This document shows, in pieces, positions 1 through 7,399 of a DNA stretch of 32,000 bases. Every line of letters begins with the position of its first letter. The stretch's first letter is position 1. This DNA comes from Thermococcus kodakarensis KOD1. Its GTDB lineage: Archaea; Methanobacteriota_B; Thermococci; Thermococcales; Thermococcaceae. Position numbers and translations under genes: made by a program. The stretch covers positions 60,001-92,000 of the forward strand of contig NC_006624.1 of NCBI RefSeq assembly GCF_000009965.1. The letters run 5' to 3'. The notes under the pieces are model-generated. The model had not been told where the DNA came from, ran no database searches, and was given only the letters and a program-made list of their open reading frames with translations.

Positions 1-1800
1 GTACTCGTCGAGCATCCTGTCGAGCTCCCACGGCGGGACGTGCAGGCCCTTGCTGACTCCCTCCGGGATCGGCTCCCACATGATCCTGTACGGGAGCGTG
101 TCGTCCTTCCTGCTGAAGCCTTCCCTGACGTTGAAGGCCCTGGCTATGTTCATTATCCTCTCGCCGATGACCATCAGCTCTGCCTCGCCGATGTTCATGC
201 CGGTAACGGCCTCGATGAGCTCAGGGAAGCCCTCGAGGAAGTACATGTGCCTTGAGAACTTGCACGTTCCGGTGGCGTCGTAGATCGCCATGAGGTTCTC
301 GTGGAAGGCTATCTCGAATCCCTTGTTCTCGCCCTTCGTCCTGTCAACGCCGTCGAACTTCCACCACCTGCCGACGAGCTCGGTTCCGTAGGCTCCGGCT
401 GTGAGGTGGTCGGCACCGCGGACGCTGACCGCAAAGGCAAGCGCCATTCCCTTTATGCCGCGGACATCGTAAGCTGGCGGCTCCATGCCCTTGACGTGCA
501 TGGCGAACTTCCAGCTCTCCTTTCCAAGCCTCTCGCTGGCCCTCTTGACACCGTCAGCAAGGAGCTTTCCGAGGTTGCCCTCGCGGTAGGCCATCTTTCT
601 GAGGGCCTCAACTGCCGCCTCGCCGTTGCCAAAGGTGAGCTCTATGCCATCGGTGTCCTCTTTGGTGAGGAGACCGCGCTCGTAGGCTTCCATGGCCCAT
701 GCGATTGTGACACCCGCGGAGATTGTATCGAGACCGTACTGGTCGGCGAGGTAGTTGAGATAAGCTACTGTCTCAAAGTCGTCTATTTCCAGCACACCGC
801 CAAAGGAGTAGAGGGTCTCGTACTCTGGGCCGTCGACCATGAAGGTGCCCCACTTCTTGCTCTCGACCTTCACGTACTGGCTGCACGGCTTGTTACAGAG
901 CGGGCACGGCCTCCTTCCAGCGCGGTACTTCGGCGCCCAGAAGTAGGGGTCTATGCCGATGTGCTCCCTTCCCTCCTCCTTGGCTTTCTCGTAGGCCTTC
1001 TTGAAGAAGCCCATCTGCCAGTTCCTGACCGGGAAGGTTCCCCTCTCGCGGTTCATCCAGTCGAGGAACTCGCCGCTTCCATACTCCATGTCGGCCTTTG
1101 TAGCAGGGTGGTCCTTGAAGATGAGCGCCCACTTCTTTATCAGCTCGCGGAGCTTCTCTGGGTCGGCTATCGGGACCTTCTTGCTACCCTTGACGAGGAT
1201 TCCCTTGAGCTTCTTGCTTCCAAGGACCGCACCGGGGCCGCCCCTGGCCGCCTGCCTCTCGTCGGTCTCAATTATTGAGATGAGGCTGAGCCTCTCACCG
1301 GCCGGGCCGATGAAAGCGGTTGCGTAGCCTGGGTACTCCTCCTTGGCCTTGCTCCTCGCCTCACCGGTGGTGAGGCCCCAGTAGGCATCGGCGGGAACTA
1401 TCTTAACCTCGTCATCGTTGATAACCAGAAGGACGGGCTCTTCGCTCTGGCCCTCGATTATGAGCATGTCGTAGCCGGCCCTCTTGAGCTGGACGCCGAG
1501 CTCGGCACCGGCCATTGCCCTACCGTAGCCGCCTGTGAGTGGACTCTTGAAGTTAAAAGCGGTCTTTGAGCCGGTTCCTATACCTGTGTCAACGAAGAGA
1601 CCGGGTGTTATTATCATCTTGTTCTCGGGCCCGAGCGGGTCGGCTCCTTTTGGAACCTCCTCGTAGAGAACCCTCGTTCCAAAACCGACGCCGCCGAGGT
1701 ACTTCCTCGGGAACTCCTCGGGAAGGGGCTCGACTTTGACTTCCTTGGTGGTTAGGTTAACTCTCAGAATCTTTCCCCAGTATCCGCCCTTGGCTTCCAT
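1..1800 (-). CDS. Aldehyde:ferredoxin oxidoreductase (tungstopterin AOR/FOR/WOR) family protein; first 600 codons, 3' end lies beyond window start
   Basis: Absent from the ORF track because it has no stop in the window. The reverse complement from ATG at 1800-1798 reads MEAKGGYWGKILRVNLTTKEVKVEPLPEEFPRKYLGGVGFGTRVLYEEV...GAVLGSKKLKGILVKG...RRPCPLCNKPCSQY (CxxCxxxC cluster motif)...EPPAYDVRGIKGMALAFAVSVRGADHL...DATGTCKFS, open to position 1. The + strand ORFs 301..1278 and 1001..1327 are its antisense shadows. Confidence 0.9.
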   Translation of the reverse strand, partial: MEAKGGYWGKILRVNLTTKEVKVEPLPEEFPRKYLGGVGFGTRVLYEEVPKGADPLGPENKMIITPGLFVDTGIGTGSKTAFNFKSPLTGGYGRAMAGAELGVQLKRAGYDMLIIEGQSEEPVLLVINDDEVKIVPADAYWGLTTGEARSKAKEEYPGYATAFIGPAGERLSLISIIETDERQAARGGPGAVLGSKKLKGILVKGSKKVPIADPEKLRELIKKWALIFKDHPATKADMEYGSGEFLDWMNRERGTFPVRNWQMGFFKKAYEKAKEEGREHIGIDPYFWAPKYRAGRRPCPLCNKPCSQYVKVESKKWGTFMVDGPEYETLYSFGGVLEIDDFETVAYLNYLADQYGLDTISAGVTIAWAMEAYERGLLTKEDTDGIELTFGNGEAAVEALRKMAYREGNLGKLLADGVKRASERLGKESWKFAMHVKGMEPPAYDVRGIKGMALAFAVSVRGADHLTAGAYGTELVGRWWKFDGVDRTKGENKGFEIAFHENLMAIYDATGTCKFSRHMYFLEGFPELIEAVTGMNIGEAELMVIGERIMNIARAFNVREGFSRKDDTLPYRIMWEPIPEGVSKGLHVPPWELDRMLDEY

Positions 1801-2170
1801 ACCAGAATCACCTCGAAGGATTTTCGAATCAAAGATTATAAGCTCATCGAAAGAAGTTCTGTTTTATAAAAACCGAAACATTAAGCTGTTGTGTTATCCT
1901 CCAGTGTATCTCGTACTCTCTACGGGGCTCAATATTGGATATCGAGGAGAAACAACATACTTCATGGAAATATCAGCGACTAGGGTTCCGCGAATCTAAC
2001 ACTTTATAAGGAAGACCTCTCTAGATTAGGCTTTTCACCAAGTTTTTCCAAAAGCTATACTAAAAGTGTGCCATTCTTCTCGAACTTGCTCTTCGATGAG
2101 TGTATGCTCCTATATAAGGCAAGCTCGCATGGGTTTAATATTGAAATTCCCCACTAATTGTGATTTTAAC

Positions 2171-2857
2171 TTTCTTTTTAGTGCCCCTTGGGCACTATAC
2201 GGTGAGAAAATCCTTTTGAATCAGGCCAATTGAAAGTAAAACCCCTCAAAAGTTAGCTCGTTAGAAACGCATACTCCTCTTCCGCCATCCGTTAAGGACG
2301 CTTGAACGACAGTGAAAGCGGCGCTGAAACTTTGCAAGCAAAGTTTCATCAAAGTTTGTGGTTCTTGTTTGACAGGTCTTTCGAGAGGATTTTCTTTTTG
2401 AATGCTGTCTTAGGTTGTGAATTCCACTTTTATCCGCTTGTTCTCTGTGAGTTTGCTTTTTAATTGACGCCCGTAGGGCGTCAAGGTGTTAGAAACTCCT
2501 TTTCAGCGGGCTGAAACTTAGAGGAATTCACTGATGTTTGGCTTGAGTATTTTGAAAATCCTTATAGTGGAGCAATTCTAAGAAGAACCACGAACTTTGA
2601 TCAAACTTCGCGAGGAAGCTTTTGTGAAAAGCTTACCAAAAGCTCGAATGTCTTCTTGAAGTTGGCTTGATGTAGCTAGATTCTCTGTGATAGATGAGTA
2701 GGGAAGTGCGGGTTTTCTTCTTTTTTAACGCCCTTCGGGCGTTATATTGTGAGTAAACCCTTGAGGATTGCCCAATTTATGGTGAGAATCACTGAAAAGC
2801 AGGACACTCAAAAAGGACATTCACTCTTTGATGAAACTTTGCTCTGCAAAGTTTCTA
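2171..2857. repeat. Three degenerate tandem units (~260-290 bp) of non-coding DNA, each with a T-run, a GC hairpin and a GAAACTTTGC-type palindrome
   Basis: Hairpins: 2180-2196 (agtgccc-ctt-gggcact), 2464-2484 (ttgacgccc-gta-gggcgtcaa), 2726-2744 (taacgccc-ttc-gggcgtta). Palindromes: 2325-2348 (11-bp arms), 2591-2610 (9/10), 2833-2855 (10-bp arms). A 26-bp inverted repeat matches 24/26 between 2341-2366 and 2583-2608. No credible ORF. Confidence 0.7.
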
Positions 2858-3724
2858 TGGTGGGCCCGCGGGGATTCGAACCCCGGACCTCCGCCGTGTG
2901 AGGGCAGTCTAAACGACTGTTGGGACACCTACAAAGGCCAGTTTGCCGAATGGCTCTCCCACAGAATAGCCAGAACCACAATGAAAGACTACATCAGCGC
3001 GCTCGAACGCTTTTTTGGTCGGCACACAATCAGAGACATCAAGGGGCTGAAAGTCTCGCTCCAGCAAGAGAACTACAACGAGAAGATCGTCAAGGGGCTG
3101 AGAAACTTCGTGAACTTCCTCCTCGACGAGGGCCTCATCAACGAGGGCACTGCGGCGCTCTTCAAGAAGCCGCTGACATTCAAGAGGGGAACACCAAGGC
3201 AGGTTTTCATCAGCAACGAGGAGCTACGTGAAGCCTACATCGAGCTGACAAAGCACTACGGCAAAGAGGCTGAGGTTCTCTTCAAGCTTCTGGCCTTCAC
3301 TGGCCTGAGGCTCAAGCACATCGTGAAGATGCTGAATACCTATGACCCTCAAAAGCTCGTCATCGTGAACGAGAAGGTCGCCAGGTACCCGATGGCTGAG
3401 CATGGCAAAGGAACGAAGAGGGCATTTTGGGCCTACATGCCGGCGGACTTTGCCAGGAGCCTTGAGCGGATGAGCATAACCTACTTCCAGGCGCAACCGA
3501 GGACGACTTACAAGAGGGTATCGGCATCTACAGTGAGGAAGTGGTTCTCAACCTTCCTTGCGCAGAGAAAAGTCTCGATGGAAGTCATCGACTTCATCCA
3601 GGGCCGCGCTCCTCGCTCAGTTCTAGAGCGGCACTACCTCAACCTGACGGTTCTCGCCGACGAGGCCTACGCGAAGGTGGTTGATGATCTTAGAAAGGTG
3701 TTGGAGGGGCAGACTCATGATTGA
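2828..3724 (+). CDS. int: SSV-type tyrosine integrase, C-terminal catalytic fragment Int(C); true element-derived coding starts within att at 2858
   Basis: The ORF reads through att as WWARGDSNPGPPPCEG and continues into a recombinase-like body: TGLRLKH (Arg), VRKWFSTFL, IQGRAPRSV, ERHYLNL (Tyr). The same 16 att codons end the Int(N) ORF at 26216-26263 in the same frame. Confidence 0.85.
   Translation: MMKLCSAKFLWWARGDSNPGPPPCEGSLNDCWDTYKGQFAEWLSHRIARTTMKDYISALERFFGRHTIRDIKGLKVSLQQENYNEKIVKGLRNFVNFLLDEGLINEGTAALFKKPLTFKRGTPRQVFISNEELREAYIELTKHYGKEAEVLFKLLAFTGLRLKHIVKMLNTYDPQKLVIVNEKVARYPMAEHGKGTKRAFWAYMPADFARSLERMSITYFQAQPRTTYKRVSASTVRKWFSTFLAQRKVSMEVIDFIQGRAPRSVLERHYLNLTVLADEAYAKVVDDLRKVLEGQTHD
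2858..2905. repeat. attL: 48-bp copy of the 3' part of tRNA-Val (anticodon stem to CCA)
   Basis: tggtgggcccgcggggattcgaaccccggacctccgccgtgtgagggc is identical at 2858-2905 and 26216-26263. The flanking bases differ on both sides. Confidence 0.95.
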
Positions 3725-3866
3725 TCTCATGCCTGCCCTCGACAAAGCTCTCCGCCAAGTCAGTTGGTATACGATCTGCATCACTCTAACTTCCCTTTTC
3801 ATTCTTGTACTCGCCATGACACTTCTTCTTTTCACGGCCGTCTATTTGAAGAAATGTGGGAGGTGA
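3717..3866 (+). CDS. Small single-pass membrane protein (start uncertain; 3681 or 3684 also possible)
   Basis: The ATG at 3717 overlaps the integrase stop. It encodes MIDLMPALDKALRQVSWYTICITLTSLFILVLAMTLLLFTAVYLKKCGR with one hydrophobic helix. Confidence 0.4.
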   Translation: MIDLMPALDKALRQVSWYTICITLTSLFILVLAMTLLLFTAVYLKKCGR

Positions 3867-3872
3867 TATATT

Positions 3873-4067
3873 TTGGATCGGATTCGGATTGTCTCGATAA
3901 GGGGAATTGCGAGGAAATACGGCCTTAATCATATGCGCGTGTGGCGCCTGTTCAACCTCTATCACTCCATCTATGGCGATGATCCCCGCTATGTCATCAT
4001 AGACGCCGATGGCAGGCGAAAACCGACGCAGAAATTCGAGGACTTCGTGAAAAAGCTTCTCTTGTGA
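3873..4067 (+). CDS. Small helix-turn-helix protein, candidate excisionase/regulator
   Basis: TTG start preceded by gggaggtga (3858-3866). SIRGIARKYGLNHMRVWRLF looks like an HTH. It sits directly downstream of int. Confidence 0.5.
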   Translation: MDRIRIVSIRGIARKYGLNHMRVWRLFNLYHSIYGDDPRYVIIDADGRRKPTQKFEDFVKKLLL

Positions 4068-4226
4068 TTTCTTTTGTTACAATGTATTTTAGCTTTCTTT
4101 TTTGTGAGTAACACGTTGAGAAGTCTCTTTCGCTCAAATCACTTCTCTCAAATTCATAGCAAGGCCGAGCCGGCAGGGCGGCCACGCCCGCGGCGATGAG
4201 GCCGCCGAGCAACCCTCCGGAGGGAT

Positions 4227-5993
4227 GTGGATGTGAGGTTTCGGAAAGCACTTGGGGTATTGGTAGTGGCTCTCTTTCTCGCGGCCCTGGCGGGCACGGC
4301 AAGCGCCGCAGAAACACATGTTCCTAAAATCGACTTGCCAAAGTGGGTCATCGTTCCAGAGGACTCAAGCTTCAGCGACGTGACGCTGTTCTGCGGGCTG
4401 GACGCGTACGATGCGAGCACGAACACGACACCTTGCTACTACAGCGGGACGCTGACGAATGCGACGATAGTGTTCAACACGACGACAGGATATCCGAAAC
4501 TGGTGACGGGCAAAATCGGGAATGCGTTTGAGTTCAAAACAGGAGCAGGAGTTTCCGGTTCAGCAACTCTTTCGTCGCAACAAATCACGATTGCATTGTG
4601 GTTCAAAGTCATAGACGACAGTGATCGCAACTACATCAGACTTTTTGATATAGGAGATTTGGCGATTGTATGGAGAAGTTCAGATAACAAAATATACGCA
4701 CAATGGATTTCTGAGAGTGGTGAAGGTAAGGCGTTTATTTCGCAGAGCTCGCTTGAACTTGGCAAGTGGTACTTTGCAACGTTTGTTTTGAGTTTTGATA
4801 CAGGAGAGTCATATATCTACATAGATGCAGATGTAGATGCTAGTACATCAATCACAGGGGGTTACACGCTGACGTCATCGACTTTCAAAATACATCCTGA
4901 TACGAATGGAGGGGATGTCATCGTTGACGAAGTGCGGGTTTACGACGGGAAAGCACTTTCACAGGACGAAGTCAACCTCCTCTACCTCGCCGGCCGCAAG
5001 AAGCTCTCCGAGCCCGCTTCATTCAGACAGATCTTCAGCCCGCTCATCGACCTCACTCGCGACCGTGCGACCTTCTACGCGGGGCTTGAGGTCAGCACGA
5101 CCGACCCGAGCGGCTACGTGCCCGTTCCTGAGAGCGCGGTCAACATGAGCATCACGAGCGCCGAGAAGCTCAAGAGCGACTACACCAACGCCGACTTTTA
5201 CTATCAGGGTCACTACTGGTACCGCGCCGACAAGATCCAGTTCAACTTGCCAATTCAGTTCGAGACCATCCGCACAAATGGCGACTTTGATGACGTCATA
5301 ATCCTTGACGAGGATCAAAAGACATACGTCTATGAGCGCGAGTTCAAAGTCACAAACCCAACCGGTGCAAAGCTGAACATCGTGTACTCCCTCGATCCAA
5401 CTGCGCTCGGTTTCTCCGTGCTCCAGTACCCACAGTTTGAACTTGACGGCGTCCGCATGGTTTCCTGGAGGCCTGATGAGAACTCAAGTCAGCTCTACCT
5501 CATCCGCACCGACACGCTTGAGCCCGGTGAGATCAGTACTCACTGGATCAGAAGTATCTGGACGCTCTCGAAAGAAGAGCTGAACTTCCCGGCGAAGCTC
5601 GAAGACTTTAGAAACATCCTCGACTGGCAGACTGCGCAGAAGATGGCCGAGAACGCCGTGAAAGGAAAAGCCGACACGTGGGTCAAGGTCATCAAGGTCT
5701 CAAGCAACGCTGACGTGAGCAACGTCACTATTTACGTGCCGCTCAAGGATGTCGAAGACACTAACGACGTCATTGAGGCCGTCGCCTTGACAGGCTCAAG
5801 AGAGACCCTGCAGGTCGAAGAGCTTGAGGACGGCACCATTGCGGTCAAGGTTCCAGCCGATGCATTTGTTTCTGGAGAAGCGGAAATCAAAGTCTTCTAC
5901 AACAAGGAAACCTCGTGGTGGAAGAGCATTCTGGACAGGATTATGGGCATGGTCAAGATGATCAAGAGCTTTTTCGGCTTTGGAGGTGGCTGA
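4227..5993 (+). CDS. Secreted LamG/concanavalin-A-like lectin-fold protein, 588 aa
   Basis: GTG start after ggaggg. Signal peptide MDVRFRKALGVLVVALFLAALAGTASA. LamG_3-like block: GKIGNAFEFK...ITIALWFKV...RLFDIGD...GKWYFATFV...IYIDA...DEVRVYDGKALSQDEVNLLY. Many N-x-S/T sequons. Confidence 0.85.
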   Translation: MDVRFRKALGVLVVALFLAALAGTASAAETHVPKIDLPKWVIVPEDSSFSDVTLFCGLDAYDASTNTTPCYYSGTLTNATIVFNTTTGYPKLVTGKIGNAFEFKTGAGVSGSATLSSQQITIALWFKVIDDSDRNYIRLFDIGDLAIVWRSSDNKIYAQWISESGEGKAFISQSSLELGKWYFATFVLSFDTGESYIYIDADVDASTSITGGYTLTSSTFKIHPDTNGGDVIVDEVRVYDGKALSQDEVNLLYLAGRKKLSEPASFRQIFSPLIDLTRDRATFYAGLEVSTTDPSGYVPVPESAVNMSITSAEKLKSDYTNADFYYQGHYWYRADKIQFNLPIQFETIRTNGDFDDVIILDEDQKTYVYEREFKVTNPTGAKLNIVYSLDPTALGFSVLQYPQFELDGVRMVSWRPDENSSQLYLIRTDTLEPGEISTHWIRSIWTLSKEELNFPAKLEDFRNILDWQTAQKMAENAVKGKADTWVKVIKVSSNADVSNVTIYVPLKDVEDTNDVIEAVALTGSRETLQVEELEDGTIAVKVPADAFVSGEAEIKVFYNKETSWWKSILDRIMGMVKMIKSFFGFGGG

Positions 5994-6045
5994 CTTGGTT
6001 GTTTGCGCCACCCGGAAAACTCACACGAATGGAGGTTGATAGAAA

Positions 6046-7383
6046 ATGGTTGGGTGGAAAAAGCCCCTCGGGCTGTTTGTAGCCCTTGTAGTTGTGTTTT
6101 CCGTCTTTGCCGTAGTGAGGGCAGCGACCATCACCGAGACGGAGTGGGGGAACGCAATAACCGATCCTGGCATTGAGCTGATCCCTGGCTATCCGGCGAC
6201 TATGAACGTCACAATACTAACCAGCTCTGGCGAACCCTTCGCGCTGAGCAGCTACACGAACGCCGACACGCTTGAGGTTACCGCAAAGTTCGTCGATGAA
6301 TATGGAAATGCTCTCGACATGAACGGAGACAGCGTTGCTGACGTCTACACCTTCACGAACACCTCAACGCCTGGCCTTTGGACCGCTACAATAAACGTCT
6401 CGAACGTCACTCCGGGTGCGTACACTCTCAAGATCGAGGCCCTTGCAAAGAACAGCACAAGTGGCGAAATAGTTGACAACGCAACCCTTGAGCTCTCCGT
6501 TTGGATCGCCGGTGGCCCGTATTGGGTTGCCGTTGCTGACATCAAGGACGGCGATACTGTCGAAATCGGAAGTCTTGAGTTTACCATCCGCGGGCTTTCC
6601 GACCTTGGAGCGATTCTAGACCTCGGAAACCTGAGCACCACCACGATCACGGACGATGACCGTGATGGCATCTTTACCTGGAAGAACGACGTCACGAGCG
6701 ATGGAGTTGACGACTGGATTGTCTTCGCAAAGAGCGACGACGACAGCGACAGATACGTCATGATGGTCTACTCCAGCGATGCAAACCTCCTCGACGACTT
6801 CAACCTTGAGGACAAGTTCGAGGTTAGGAGTGACGATGGAAGGGTCAAGTTCACGAACAAGGTTTTCAAAGAGTACAACAACTACAAGGCATACGTGGTT
6901 TGGGATGAGAGTCTTCTTGCAAAGCTCGGCATCAAGGCTGTTGATTACTACATCATACCCCTAAAGGGTAGAGAGCACTGGAAAGAGGGCTTCGGAAATG
7001 TTGACAGAACCGACGTCAAAGTCATAAAGAGAACAACATACCTTTGGGGCTTGTTTGGTAACGAAGAGGAGGTTTACAGCGGCAACATATTCAATAAGAA
7101 CGTGAACATCGACGACATAATAACAGTTTTCGGAAAGTGGGTCGGCAATTGGGCGAGATTTGCGTGGGGACAATGGGAGATCACAAAGGGGCTTGGTGAC
7201 ATCACAATTCCAAACAGCTACAGCTTAAGAGAAAGGTCACTAAATGAGCTTAGCGTTTCAAGCGAGGACTTTAGAGGATTCAATCCCATACTACAGCCAA
7301 GTGGGCGCGGCCTCTTCAAGCCTTCACTCGACTGGAAGTCCATCCTCGGCCTTGACGAGGACGAGGACTCTACAAGCTCTTGA
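6046..7383 (+). CDS. Secreted protein with DxDxDG-type Ca-binding-like loops, paralog A (445 aa)
   Basis: RBS ggaggt and signal peptide MVGWKKPLGLFVALVVVFSVFAVVRA. Loops DMNGDSVAD and DDDRDGIF. Colinear similarity to 17703..19046. Confidence 0.85.
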   Translation: MVGWKKPLGLFVALVVVFSVFAVVRAATITETEWGNAITDPGIELIPGYPATMNVTILTSSGEPFALSSYTNADTLEVTAKFVDEYGNALDMNGDSVADVYTFTNTSTPGLWTATINVSNVTPGAYTLKIEALAKNSTSGEIVDNATLELSVWIAGGPYWVAVADIKDGDTVEIGSLEFTIRGLSDLGAILDLGNLSTTTITDDDRDGIFTWKNDVTSDGVDDWIVFAKSDDDSDRYVMMVYSSDANLLDDFNLEDKFEVRSDDGRVKFTNKVFKEYNNYKAYVVWDESLLAKLGIKAVDYYIIPLKGREHWKEGFGNVDRTDVKVIKRTTYLWGLFGNEEEVYSGNIFNKNVNIDDIITVFGKWVGNWARFAWGQWEITKGLGDITIPNSYSLRERSLNELSVSSEDFRGFNPILQPSGRGLFKPSLDWKSILGLDEDEDSTSS

Positions 7384-7399
7384 AAGGGGGCCTGATTAA

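Noticed and set aside
40-1327. + strand ORFs 40..255, 50..283, 301..1278 (325 aa) and 1001..1327
   Set aside because: They lie antisense to a 600-codon minus-strand reading frame with unmistakable AOR-family motifs. Their translations are low-complexity (Leu/Ala/Val/Gly-rich) with no motifs.
1736-1999. 87-aa + strand ORF spanning the AOR start and its upstream region
   Set aside because: It overlaps the AOR N-terminus antisense and then runs through an AT-rich promoter region. It has no RBS and implausible composition.
2171-2744. T-run + GC hairpin read as intrinsic terminators
   Set aside because: The T-run precedes the hairpin on the + strand, and an A-run follows it on the - strand, so neither orientation gives the hairpin-then-U-tract arrangement. 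Archaeal termination needs only the T-run.
2171-2857. Possible CRISPR array, because of repeated hairpin-containing units
   Set aside because: There are only three units, they are strongly degenerate, and their spacing is 260-290 bp instead of ~60-70 bp. No exact repeats are present and there are no cas genes in the window.
3997-4426. Minus-strand ORFs 3997..4317, 4134..4319 and 4154..4426
   Set aside because: They overlap each other and the well-supported + strand genes and leader. The products are Arg/Pro/Ser-rich, typical of GC-rich antisense frames.
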